From Lama guanicoe (Eukaryota), in assembly GCA_013239625.1 (NCBI GenBank), contig MU054757.1, positions 2,026,251-2,090,250 of the forward strand: 64,000 bases of DNA, read 5' to 3'. Below, piece after piece: positions 13,956 to 26,759 of the stretch; the first letter of the stretch is position 1; the number at the start of each line of letters is the position of its first letter. The notes under the pieces were generated by a model. It saw only the letters and a program-made list of their open reading frames with translations. It did not search any database and was not told the origin of the DNA. A program made the translations under genes and the position numbers.

Positions 13956-15283
13956 AAAACTAGATTAAGCAAAGCACACCCCCCCCAGAAAATCCTGTTT
14001 ACATACTGGAAGTCTGAATACTGTATCTAGATTCAGGCACAGGTGGATCCAGGACGTGAATGATGCCGTTGAGAGCACGAGTCTGTTTTCTGGCCTGTTT
14101 GCTGTGTTGCATGGTCTGTTTACTCTCAGACCAGCTCTCTTCATTTGGCTACAGAACGGCCATTGGCAGCTGCAATTTGGCATCATCCTTATAACTGATT
14201 ATCTCTAATGAAGAGAAGATGAGCCACCAATGAAACAATAAATGTAGACGGAGATCATCAGTGGCGATGACCGATGGCTTGCACAGGAAAAGCAGAGTCA
14301 TTCAGACCTTCTGTGCCCCCTTAAGGAAGTGCATAATACATCTTATGAAGTTTTCTTGCTACAAAATTCAAACCTGAATCAGAGAAAACTCTGGCTCTGT
14401 CTCTTTAGAGGAAATAAAAGGGAGAAAGGAACATATAAATGACACCGCGGAGTGTCCACATCCAGACAGTGGGGAAATCTACAGTGAGAAATCAGTGCTA
14501 TTTCTTCATCAAACCAATTACGGGGAAAAAATACAAACAGAGAGGGGCAAACATACACTTTAAGAGACTACAAGGCACACCAACATACCACAGTTTGTGA
14601 ACCTTATGTGACTGTGGACTGGAAATTTAATGATATTAAGGAAATATTGTTGAAATTTCTAATGTGTATTAGGTATATTATTTGTTTTTCTTTTAAGAGA
14701 CCTGATGTTTTAGAGCAGGGTTTGTCAACCTCTGCACAACTGACCTGTTTAGCTGTATAACTCTTTTTTATGCGTTGGCCGTATAATCCTACTTCTAGGA
14801 CATGATCTTAAGAAAATCAGAAATGGAAATTGAGACCTATATACAGAGTTGTTCATAATAGGGCTATTTATGGTAGCAAAACAAGTGCATGTGTGTTAGG
14901 GGGACCTATAGGCCATTCAGAGGAAAGTATGAAGTGAACTGTGGCACATTCATGCTATAGAGTAATTTGCATCCATTTTGAATGACATTTACAAGGATTT
15001 TTTACTAGCATAAAACTTCTTGTGGCATGAGATTGAGTAAAAGCAGCAGCATGTGCTCGCTCTCTGTATATATATATATGATCATTATCATCATATATAT
15101 CATCTCATACGTACATATACATGGATATAGATGGAAAAATAAGCATTAGTGCACACTGTCAAGTTACCGTTGCCCTGCATGTTGCAGTGTGGTGCTGGCT
15201 TATATTCTGTCTTATATCTATTTTGATTTCCTCCAGTTTCAAACCATAAAACAAGGCTGACAATTTTGTTTGCTTATTTGCAG

Positions 15284-15339
15284 GCCTCCAGACAGTGGGG
15301 ATATTCCGAGTTGGAAGCTCAAAAAAGAGAGTGAGACAA
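15284..15339 (+). CDS. ARHGAP6: ARHGAP6 exon 6 (56 nt): GLQTVGIFRVGSSKKRVRQ, with the catalytic arginine finger (CGA 15307-15309)
   Basis: Acceptor tttgcag|GC, donor CAA|gtaagt. GIFR motif of RhoGAPs. Confidence 0.96.
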
Positions 15340-16515
15340 GTAAGTGAAAAGTGAAGATTGCATTGTACGTTTCACTTGACCATTACTTGAACAGCCTCAT
15401 GCAAAGTTGAAGCTTATGCAAATTCATTTCTGAATATCTTTTCTGTACCCTCCCACTGATTATAGTATAATCGAGTCCCAAGAAATAAAAGGCAACAAGT
15501 CAGAAGCTCAGAAAGGTTGTGATAGAGTTAGGATCAAACAGTTAAAAGTGAAACCTCTGGACGTGTCAATGACTTGTACAGCCAAACAAAACTAACTTAT
15601 AAACATCTTACTGAACCTATAAAAGCAGGAGATTCAGAGAGTATCTGATCAATAAGCGATAATAAATAGAAAACAATTGTATAGCACCCATTTTTACTAA
15701 AATGCACAATGAATAATGCCATTAACTGTCTCTTCTTTTAGAATGCTATGTTTACAGCTTTCCTTTAGCAGAAATAAATAATTCCTATTACTTTTCCATG
15801 GAACTATTGATCCACAATTCATTTTCCATGTGGGAACTGTACCCCTCAGTTTCCTTCACCACTTTGCAGTGTTCTTGCAAAACAAGTTTGGTGTTAGAGC
15901 TTCAGGAATAGGCTACTATGGTCAGGCTAATATCTGTGTTCATGATGGCTTCATAAAAGACAAACCACCCTTTGAGAAAAGAATTCATTTGTTGGCTTAA
16001 AGAAAATTAAAATGTTATTTTCCCTCTGTTGGTTCCAACAGAAAGAAGTAAGGAACCCAGCAACTCAAAAATGAAGCGAAATGAAAATAATTTTTAGTTG
16101 GATGAAGCCGAAGAAACACTATTTGTTCATATTATTGAAACTAACTGAAATAAATTCCTCCTCATATTGCTTTTTTTTTTTGTCAAGACAAAAGGGGCTT
16201 TTGAAAGAAGTATGTTTTCTGTTTGTTTGGTTGGCTGGTTTTTCTTTTTAATAGTCACACAAGAGACTATTGAACAATATTTAACATTTCACAATAGGAC
16301 TTGTAGGAAGAAAGATAGCATAGTAACATTTCTTAGGCCTCTCACCTGTGCAGAATTGCAGAATATTTTCATAAGCATTATCTCATTGAACCTGCCCACT
16401 GGCTGTGAGAGAAGCCCCTTTCACCCACTTCTTCTGAGGCTTAGAGAGATTAAGGAATTTAATTCAAGATCACACAATTTAGACCATGCTCTTTCCATGG
16501 TCCATTCTCTCTGGG

Positions 16516-16516
<1 letters not shown>

Positions 16517-16550
<34 letters not shown>

Positions 16551-16554
16551 ACAC
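16517..16554. repeat. (GT)n(GC)n(AC)n compound microsatellite
   Basis: Read directly from the sequence. Confidence 0.95.
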
Positions 16555-16796
16555 TCAAAAAAGAAACATGGTGTGTTTGAATGATCACAAGTAGGAGTGA
16601 TGCCGATGGAAGCCTTGTTCGTCTAGCTACCGGATCCACAGTAAGACGAGTTGCCTGGAATTGATGAGCAGTTCGGGACAGTAATGGGCATTCTCATCAG
16701 GTAAAGAGGTGGCTAGTGTCAGAAATTATTCCTCAGTTTTATCTGGATCCACCAAAGAGAAAACCTTTGCATGGAGACTTACATAGCATTCTCAAA

Positions 16797-16852
16797 AATA
16801 TATATATATACATATATATAATATATTTTTATATATGTATTATATATATATA
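16797..16852. repeat. (TA)n-rich low-complexity tract
   Basis: Read directly from the sequence. Confidence 0.85.
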
Positions 16853-17699
16853 AATCAGTGATTAGATTTCAAGTATGAAATATGCTCTAACTCACCATTT
16901 TATCTTGTTATATCACTTCTTAGCACCCTATACTTTTTCTTCAGAACAATTGTCACAATTAATAAATAGTGAATATTAGAGCTAATTAATCATTTGTGGG
17001 ATTGCCAGTTTATCACCTGTCTGTCAGCCTGGGAGCTGGAGAAGGGTAAGGATTGTGACTCTTTATTCATCACCATATTTTGAGGACCTATAGCAAGGCT
17101 GGGTACAGGCAGGAAGTGTGCAGTACATCTTTGCTGAATGAATGGATGAATGAATGAATGAGCAAATGAACACTTACAGAAGTTTATTGCATAGAGTGGA
17201 TTCATGAAATCACATGGTTATTTTTACAGTAGAGAACAATACATAAGAGAAGTTGAGCTGTCTGAGGTGAAAGTAGGGTGTAGAGTCTTCACTCTCTTCT
17301 TCTTGCTCTTGTGTTTTCCTACAGTTATAAATGCTATAAATGCTAATATAATGATTAAGGCAGGGGATCTTCCTGAGAATTGTTCATAAGGCTACTTTGA
17401 TTAATCTAAGGCAGATTTTATTTAGCTATTGTCATCTTTCAAGCCTTAATCACAAATGATTTATCAGGGGTTTTAATTTCATTGTTTGTAGAAAAATCTC
17501 TTTGCTTTCTTGTTGAGCATTTCTGTAAGATGTCAGAATTCCAACGTGATAAATTTGCTGATGTGCAAAACTGCTGTGTAATAGATTAATTCCTCCCTCC
17601 CACATTTATAGTTGGCCTCACCCCTCAGCTCTTCCTCACAACCTTCTGCTTGCATCGTTAACAGAAAACCCATAGATACTTTTATTTAATAACACAGTT

Positions 17700-17792
17700 A
17701 AATATGTATATTTTATATATATTTATTAATTAATATAAATATGTTATATATAATATTAATATAATTAATATACATTAAATATATATATATAT
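17700..17792. repeat. AT-only low-complexity tract
   Basis: Read directly from the sequence. Confidence 0.85.
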
Positions 17793-17967
17793 TCATGGCT
17801 GGGTTGCATAGACTCTGTAGATCAAGGTGACATACTGTTTGCTTCTCCTTCTTGGGATCTGGGTGAACTTAATACCAGATGCTGCATGTCACAGCACTTC
17901 TTTTGCTAGGCACCGAACATTGAGGTATGGTGTTATGAGACTGCCATTTGAACCATTGTTTTTCCAG

Positions 17968-18118
17968 CTACGTGAGGAATTTGACCGTGGGGTTGATGTC
18001 TCTCTGGAGGAGGAGCACAGCGTTCATGATGTGGCGGCCTTGTTGAAGGAGTTCCTGAGGGACATGCCGGACCCCCTTCTCACCAGGGAGCTGTACACAG
18101 CTTTCATCAATACTCTCT
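17968..18118 (+). CDS. ARHGAP6: ARHGAP6 exon 7 (151 nt): LREEFDRG...[32 protein letters not shown]
   Basis: Within ORF 17827..18126. Acceptor tttccag|CTA, donor TCT|gtgcgt. Carries the LLKxFLRxxPxPL RhoGAP motif. Confidence 0.96.
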
Positions 18119-19151
18119 GTGCGTAATCCAGCCATTTGCAGGAATGTGTCCCTGGATTGCTGGGATGTCCAACTCACTCATCAAAACCTAGTGCATGTGT
18201 TGCCTGATAACTTTTTTTGCCCTTATTTGTTGGTCTCTAATGAGTGGGCTATTTGGGGAATTTTCTGAGATTTACTCTGGGGAGAATTAGCCAGAAGAAA
18301 GTTGCAGTAAAACAAATGGAAGTAGCCGAGAGAATCTGGGATGCTTTCAAATGACTCTAGGGCAATAGAGAATGCTATAAATTGATGCCTTGGAGTAACA
18401 GAGAGAGTTCATGTTGGGTCTTTGCCTAAAAATGAGTTTGCATTTCTGGAACCCAGAGTGAGAAAAGGGGGTAGGAAACATTCCAGGGGAAGCAGGGTGG
18501 CACAGCCCAGTGCCAGGACTTTTAGTGTGGCTGCTTCGGGGCTATAAGCACAGATCCCACGGAGGAGAAAAGGAGGGCAAGGGGGAGGAGGAACAGGCCA
18601 GAGATGTTCCCGCCTCCATGTATTTCTTCCTCCAGGCTGCAATTAAAATAGGATCACAAAAGAGAGACAAGATACTGTCATTGTGTTGTGTCTTGGTTAC
18701 TGCCAACAAAAAAAGTCTACCGCTTGTAGACTGCTCAACAGAAAAGGACCTCGTATCTGTTATCAACTCAGATTTTAGAACATTCACCAATTCTCAGTCA
18801 TTATTAGCAAATAATTACCAACCATGAAAGACTATAACCCATAAAATATGTGATGATTTAGACCAAGGAAAGCGGACAAAAGAAAGTAAGAGGAATTAAG
18901 TTAGCTTTCAAACCTGGATTGTCAAGACTGCTCTAGGTGTTACATTTCCCTGGGTGTAATTTATCTTTATATGCTTCAGAACCTTACTGCTACATAGCTA
19001 AACCGACAGGAGAGTGGGTGAAGGAATGAAACGTGACTTGTCTTGCTAATGCCTTTCTGAAGACAGCTGAGAGGGGGCCTGAGACTCTGGGTCTGAGTGG
19101 TGTGAGTTCCCCCTTTTACTTACTCCGAGCACCTCTTTCTGCCTTCCCTAG

Positions 19152-19300
19152 TGCTGGAGCCAGAGGAACAGCTGAGCACCTTGCAGCTCCTCATCTACCT
19201 TCTACCTCCCTGCAACTGCGACACGCTCCACCGCCTGCTGCAGTTCCTCTCCATCGTGGCCAGGCATGCCGAGGACGACGTCAGCAAAGACGGGCAGGAG
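19152..19300 (+). CDS. ARHGAP6: ARHGAP6 exon 8 (149 nt): [14 protein letters not shown]...SKDGQE
   Basis: Within ORF 19151..19333. Acceptor ccctag|TG, donor GAG|gtgcgc. Confidence 0.95.
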
Positions 19301-19365
19301 GTGCGCGCCCCGCCACTGCCAACCGTGCTCTGACTCTTCCTTTTCCCCGTCTTAAAAGGGAGAGC

Positions 19366-19673
19366 AAAAACTGACACACATGAATGTCTGTGCAGAACAG
19401 AAACAGGCTCACAGACAGAGAAAACCAGCTAGTGGTTACCAGAGGGGAAAGGGCTGGGGTGGGGGGGTGAATTAGAGGCATGGGATTAACAGACGCAAAC
19501 TACTATACATAAACTAGATACGCAAGAAGGAGACACCACACAGCACAGGGACTTATACCCAGTATCGTGGAATGACCTCTAATGGAATATAATCTGCAAA
19601 AAATACTGAATCACTGTGCTATACACCTGAAATTAACACAACATTGTAAATCAATTGTACTTCAGTTTTTTTA
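19366..19673 (+). mobile_element. 5'-truncated L1 3'UTR, sense to the gene
   Basis: L1 3' motifs (gtggttaccagagggg, gaatcactgtgctatacacctgaaattaacacaacattgtaaatcaa). 12-bp TSD aaaagggagagc at 19354-19365 and 19674-19685. Confidence 0.88.
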
Positions 19674-21341
19674 AAAAGGGAGAGCTACCAATTTGGTCAG
19701 ATGTTTCACCTGGAGCAAATGAACCCTCCCTTTTTTCCTGACCTGTCTGTCTCTGCAGGAAGAGAACTAAAAGCAGGGTTTTCTCCAGAAGAACAGTTCC
19801 TAAGGGCACATAGGCCATCGACCTCCTTGTATGTTTCAAAGAGGTTTCTAAATGAAGCTGTTATCTTCCACAATGATGCTTTACTCAAGATCCTGAATTT
19901 CTACTTGTGTGAAGAAGACAGTGAGCTACAGGGATGCTTACAGTCATGAAAAAAAAATGGGATAATGGAGGTGGGAGGAAACTGCTATCCATGTAAATCA
20001 ATTGATCTTCTTTAACTTGATGTGATGTCACCTCTTCATCCTCCCAGTTTATTCCTGGAGTATGGGTAGAAATCTAGTATCTTCCTTTTGAAGGGTCATT
20101 TCTCTTGTTAAGCCCTACCCCCAAAATAGGGACCAGCTCAGTGAAATGCAGAATGGATCCTGCTTCAAATTCAGGTGCAGAAAGAACTGAAAAGTGTGTT
20201 CTAATAACCATTGTCATGCATCTCAATGCCACGTGGTGTCCACTGCTAAAGACAGGTCTGCACAGTCCTATGGATCCTTTTGGGATGTTCTTGTACTTGG
20301 AACCCCTCATCTGAGGCCTTAGGCTCTGGCTCTCTTTGGTCACAACCATATGCTTCAAGGTATCTTTCAGTTTCAGCCTTGGACAAAGGAGATGCTGCTC
20401 AATTTTAAGTGGCCTATTAGCAAGCAACCTATTTAATCTTCTCCTTAGCAAGAGACTTGTTTCCCTTTTTTTGATACTATGCAGTCATACTTCTCCTTCA
20501 CCTTGGATTCCCCAGGGGATCTCAGACTGTTTAATGTGCTAACATGCATCGTAAATCAACAAGAAGGAGCCAAGGGCACTCCCAGCTTACCCCAGAAACT
20601 TTCATGTTATGTCCTATTAAGTAGAACTCAGCTGTGTTATGGATTCATTTCTGTGTTTGTCAGATTTGTTTCCCAAAGGCCATGGTCATATGTAATTTTT
20701 CTCACTTTAATCCAGAAAGGCAGTTCTGCATTTCTTATCCTCATCCTCCCTATCAGTGTGAAAATGGAACTTTCCTGAGTTAGCCATTTCTCTCTGTAGT
20801 AGTTATTAGTGGAACCTCTGCTGGCTTCAGGTTTCATAACATGGCACTGACACCTTATTTCAGCAGACACAGCACTTCCATGGATATCCTATAATTCTTG
20901 TAATTGTTAAGTAGTCATATTACCCGTCAGGGTGTCAGCCTTCATTGACTACAGATATAAAAGAAGGTATAGAGTCATCTGCCTAATCATTGGTTGAAGC
21001 CTAGGTATGTCAATTACTTCCCTGACGTTGCTTAAGTACTATGTGAGAAGAAAGTCAGGTCTTAGGTGATTAAGAAGGCAATGAGGAAAGCAAAATGTCC
21101 AGTTGGACTCACTTGTGCCTTTTTAGAATCATTTCTCAGACATTCTTTCAGTCCAAATGCTAAACAAGACTGCACTGCGCATGGCAAAGAGGAGAAAATA
21201 TTCTTGGACAGGTGCCAATGGAACTTAGCATGCTAAGACACTAGCTGCCACTTATGTATCTCCTACCATGTGCGAGCTATGTGCTAGGGGCTATATATAT
21301 GTATTATACATATTATACATATATATACACGAGATATGCTC

Positions 21342-21577
21342 ACAGTTTCCCAGCCTCCATATGACTGACACTTGGGACCAAGTAATTTTGTATTGTGGCA
21401 GTTGACCTGTGCATTGTGGGATACTTAGCAGCATCCCTGGCCTCTGCTCACTTGATGCTAGTAGCAACTCCCCCCGACCCTACCCCAGTTGTGACCGCCA
21501 AAAGTGTCTTTAAGCGTTGCCAGGTTTCCCCTGGGGAGGGGGAAGGGGTGCAAAATCACCCCTGGTTGAAAACATGT
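21342..21577. mobile_element. MER20 DNA transposon, near full length
   Basis: ctgtgcattgt...ttagcagcatccctggcctct...cagttgtgac...caaaatcacccctggttgaaaac. Confidence 0.8.
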
Positions 21578-23848
21578 GGTAGCTTTTATAACTCATTGGT
21601 CATGTGTTCTTGGAAAAATCAATTAACCTAACTGAGTTTCTTTATCTAAACTTTGGAGATAAAAATTATTCAACTGGTACTGCACAATCATTGAGAAAAC
21701 TAGTTTATTACAAGGAATATAAAAATATCCTGGTAATGGCAAAGTTGTACAGGAAAGCAAGAAATTACAAAGGTGTCTAGACACTCTTGACCTAGACCTT
21801 GAATTTAAATGAAGGACTAGTAACCAAAAATTGAAGCCACAGGGGAAATACGAGGAGAGCATTGCTTCCATGAAATGGTTAGAACTTACCAGAAAACAAG
21901 TAGCCCACACAACCATCTTGGGCTGGAGTTAAGGCTGCAGAGTGGGAATGTACTGGTGAGGTATGAGGGGAAACTGGGTTATGTTCATAGAATGCTGAAT
22001 GCCGTTGTAAGGAGTAGGTGGTTGATTCTTTTAAGCCAAGTATCTCTGGAAGGATTCAACTAAGGTGATATAATCCATGTTGTAGGTTGTTAAGAGACAG
22101 GGAGAGAGTGAGTTAGAAAGGTTTTGTGTGATTAGCAGTATGGAAAACAGCAGTTCACATGATAAATGTTTCCAAATAAGAATGGCCTTGGTATTTGAAT
22201 CACATGTGTTCTGAGCGCCTACTCTGTGTTCCTCCAAACCAGTGAACGTTGTTCAGGAATGTTCTAATTACTGTTCCCAGGATACTGTGGCATCTAGGAG
22301 GTTGAGGGAGTGAAAACACAAGGCAAATACAGAATTGGAGAATGCAGAACAGAGTCACTGCAGAAGCAGTGGTGAACTTGGGCCAGAAAGGTTAGGAATG
22401 ACTTCGTGGAGGAGACTGAATTTAAACTACACATCCAAGGATGTGTAGGGATTCAGTAAATGAGCCACATGGGCATGATGTAGGGATGGAGTTAGCTGAA
22501 AACCCCTTCTCGCAGAAGGGAAGAATGGAAACAGAGGAGTTAGATACAGGTTCTTTGTTCAATATTTTGTAAGTTGGTTTGACCTGAGCAGGTAGAGAGT
22601 ACAGAATAGGCAGTCTGGAGTGAGACAAACAAATCCAGTTGTAAAATATGGTCAAAAAACAAAGCATTTTCCAACTTTTTCTCTTACCTATTTGTTAGTT
22701 TGTGCTAGATGTGTTATCTATGTGTTGAGTGGTTATTATGGGTTACAACATGGAAGAAAACTAAACTAGAGCATCAAGGAGCTTGGAGGCTCACCCAGGC
22801 TCTGTGAGCACCTTGCTTCACATCGTTGTTTTTATAAAATAGAGGAAGAGGAAGGGAAACAGAGTTGGGGCTATGGGGAGGGCTGAGCTTCCTCCTCTGC
22901 AAAGTGAACATAATATTTCTTTTCTAATAGGTGCTTAAATATCAATGCATCACCAACTAATGGGATCTTAAAGATGTCTAAAAAAGGAGCATGAGAAAAA
23001 TTGGGGGAAAAGCAGTGGTATTTTATCAAATTGTGGTGTTTTGCTATCTTGTGCTTGTTTTGTTTTATTCCATTTTGTTTAGTGTGCTCTTTGCTTTGCT
23101 CCTTAGGGGAAAAGAGAAATTCCCAAATGTAAGAAAGATTTTATTTCTTCTAGAAAGAATATTGCAGGAGCATAATTGAAAGCTCTTGAGCAGTGGTTTT
23201 TCAGGTTGTCTAAGAGCCCCCTGGCCTGGCATGGAGAATGTGGTGTGAACATCAATTTTTTTTGGTGAGAGAGTCCACTGCCGACCTCTAGCTCTTTAAA
23301 GAGTCTGTGAGGCAAAAAAGAAGTTACAAATCACCAACACAGGGCTGGGATGACTGATCTTTGATGAGGTTCATGCCTCTAGAAATGGGAGTTTGGCTTT
23401 GGAACTGTAGCAGGTCCGATGCCTCGCTGTCCTCACCCTGGTCCCGGCCCGGCATTGGAGCCAGTTTTCCCACATCCCCACTATGCGGGCTCTGCCAGCA
23501 AGAGTGAGTGTCAGGGAGGCTGCCTGGAGCCCTGAGGCTGGGCCTCCAGCTTTGCTTCTCAGAGCCACCACCTCCTGGCTCCGGGCTCTGGGCATCACTT
23601 CCCTTATCTGTAAAATAAGGGCAACAGCAACAGTGGCTTCATAAGTGTATGGTGAGGAGGAACTGAAACAGCCTTTGGAAAGCCCTAGCCCAGTGACTGT
23701 ATGTACTAAACTTTTAATAAATGTGAGCTATTCACATTAGGCTTAGAAATGATCTAGGATGCTTATTTAGTAGAGATAAATGTTTTCCTTGAATTGGCTG
23801 AAAACGAAATAATGGATCAACCCCAAGTACAGATTATATTACCCAGTC

Positions 23849-23892
23849 ATATAGATATAGACATAGATATAGACATGGATATAGACATGGAT
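23849..23892. repeat. Degenerate (ATAGAY)n hexamer repeat
   Basis: atagatatagacatagatatagacatggatatagacatgg. Gives the DIDIDIDMD run in a spurious ORF. Confidence 0.85.
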
Positions 23893-25237
23893 GATGGTGA
23901 GCAAGGGTGGAAGCCATCTATGAGCAAGTCTCCTTTCCAGTTTAAAAAATGGTATAGCAAAGCCAAAACAAAACAAAAAAAGCATTAACAAGACACAGCA
24001 GCATGGTCTGCAGCTGGGATTTCTGTGCAGCTTTATAGAGAGATTGTATTGCATTCCCAGAATAGCAACAGGAGAAGGAGGGCAGAAGCAGAGTTCCGGA
24101 TGGTCCTTGTGCTAAACATTCTTTTAAAAGAAAACAAAATCTTCTATTTGATAATGTTTTTTTAAAATGAGAAAACCCTGATATTACTTCAAGAAGGGAG
24201 AGGGAAGCACTCCAAATGCCTCTGAGTTCTAAAGGGATGCATTTTAAAATGGTGCATATTTGATTTTTATCCTTAACCATGAATTTCCAGGAAGAGAAGT
24301 GAAAAATAACATGAAAACTTGCCACGTTTTATATCAGTGATATAAAACAAAGGGAAAAAATAATTGAACTGTCAAACATAAAGGTCATTTTCTTGAAAAT
24401 TCCCCATATTTACCACGTGAAATCATTTCACTCAACAGCAAACCTGAAAACAGCCTCACCTTCTAAAAATAACATATCCCGTGTGCCACTCTGGGATTGC
24501 ACAGCCGGGCAGCCACCTGCTCAGGGCTCCACAGGACAAAGCTGGGACTCAGGAGGCTTTGTCTCAGCCACCAATGAGGGATTGATTTTATGCTTGAATC
24601 TTATGGTGTACACCCAGGTGCCTCTCAAAGGCTGTGCAGGTCTTCCTAGGCAAAGGGTCCCCACCAGACAGCCATGGGCCTCATACCTACCTGGGCATTC
24701 CAAGATTTTCAACTAATTTCAACAAGAGAAATAAAAATTTGCCTGGACCAGTGATTCTCAACCCAGGGATAGTTATGCCCAACAGGGGACACGTGCAAAC
24801 ATTCTCCCTTGGCCCTTCCCTGCCTTTTCCTGCAGAGCCCTCTGCCACCCTGAGCTTCCCGGGTGCCTGGGAGTGTTTTACATGCTTCTGCCTTAGCATC
24901 TGGTGCTCTGACCACTGTGAAATTGCCCCTCTGCTTCTCAGCCCAGCAAACTCTGTTCTTCCTTTAAAGTTTTATGCAAATATTGCCATCTCTTTGGAGT
25001 GTCTCTGCAGCCTCCAGAGTTGATAGTTTCATACTTTGTACTCACTACTTGTAATTGATAAGTTTATTTCCCCTCTAGATTATGACCCTTTTAATATAAG
25101 GACGGTGTTGTGATCATTGCTGGAAAAACTCTAAAGTAATGAGAATCCATGAAAAATGCCTGGCCCGCAGTGGGTCCTGAGTGGCTGGATTAATATAGGG
25201 ATGATGGAGTGATGGTTGAAGGGATAGATGGGGGGAG

Positions 25238-25292
25238 GGATGGATGGATGGATGGATAGTTGGTTGGATGGAAGGATGAATGGATGGATGGA
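25238..25292. repeat. (GGAT)n repeat
   Basis: Read directly from the sequence. Confidence 0.85.
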
Positions 25293-25586
25293 CATCAATA
25301 TTTTTAAAGAGCAGACAGGATAGAATTTTCTATAGTACCAGCTTCACAATAAATAATGGTTATAAAATTTTACTCAGTATGATATTGAGATGACCACTGA
25401 GCTATGAACTTCAATCCAAGATATGAAGCAAAAGGAAAATGACGATGCCCTTCATGGATTCTGACAGAGATGATGTAGGCCTTGCAGAATGAGAAAGGAA
25501 AGGGAAAAGAGCCTATTGATTACTGAACCACCTAGCAATTTGAAAAGCACAAATAACACCAATCCTTGTATTCTCTGCTTCTATAG

Positions 25587-25766
25587 GTCACTGGGAACAA
25601 AATGACATCTCTAAACTTGGCCACCATATTTGGACCCAACCTGCTGCACAAGCAGAAGTCATCAGACAAAGAATTCTCGGTCCAGAGTTCAGCCCGGGCT
25701 GAAGAGAGCACAGCCATCATTGCTGTGGTGCAGAAAATGATTGAAAATTATGAAGCCCTATTCATG
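25587..25766 (+). CDS. ARHGAP6: ARHGAP6 exon 9 (180 nt): [20 protein letters not shown]...ENYEALFM
   Basis: NKMxxxNLAxIFGPNL RhoGAP motif. Acceptor ctatag|GTC, donor ATG|gtaagt. Confidence 0.97.
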
Positions 25767-26759
25767 GTAAGTGGCCCTTCTTTAGCAGAACATCTCAGTA
25801 AACTGCCTATTAATTGCCCTTTGGTGGCATAATGAAATTTAGGCACACCACCTTCTGGTCCATAGCACTGGTCATTGACTGAATTCATTGGAAGCCAGGC
25901 AGTTTCAATAGGAATAGAAATTTACATACCTATGGTGTCACTCTAAGTTTGTGATTCCATGTTTTAACGAACATATCCAAATGATAAATTTCATTTTGCT
26001 GTCCCCTAAACAATGGTCATGTTTTAGAGTCATTTATTTATTTATAAAGCAGTGTCCTTATCCACCAAAATTGCTAAAACCCTTCTTACTGGAAATTATA
26101 TGTGGCCCTCCTGAATTCATGTATTTGTAACCATCCTCAGCAATGGGACCTCCTCCAGGGTCAATCTGGACATTTTACTTCCTGCATGAAGCTTTACCTA
26201 TCTTTCCTGTGTCCTTCTCATGTCGCTTTCCCTGTCACTTCTCTTTGCCTTCAACCCATTTCTGTTCCTGTTGATGTTTATCTGACTCAGCATTGTGTTG
26301 AAGTCATTTATGACTATTTCCCCAGGAGATTATAAACACATTTAAAATACAGTCTGTGCCCTTGTTATCTCCTCTCTGTATCCTCTGTACACTTTTGGAA
26401 GGCCCTCCATCTGGCAGGCACTCAATAAATACTTTTTTGATTTGTACTGAATAACCAGTTCCTGTTTTCCTTCAGAAAACTGCATTGCCTGCTCCAATTT
26501 CCCTTGAATCATTAGAACAAATGCCAACTCTCTCCTCTGTTCACTACTCCTATTGCATGTCAAAATTTACAGGAACCTTCTCCATGTTTCTTCTCCCATT
26601 TCTCTTTGGAATTTGCAAACACCATAAATTTTACCTCTTCCTCTAGAACCTTTTGTGGCTTCTTCAACCAAGTATGTTAGTTCCCTCTTTTGAATCTCCT
26701 TAATATTTTGTCTATATTTATCAAGTGCCTTGTGCTAGATTTATTTCCACCCTTGTCTT

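Noticed and set aside
12916-26081. 17-mer ccaaaattgctaaaacc shared between ~12916 and ~26065
   Set aside because: One AT-rich match of this length is plausible by chance in 64 kb, and the flanks are unrelated.
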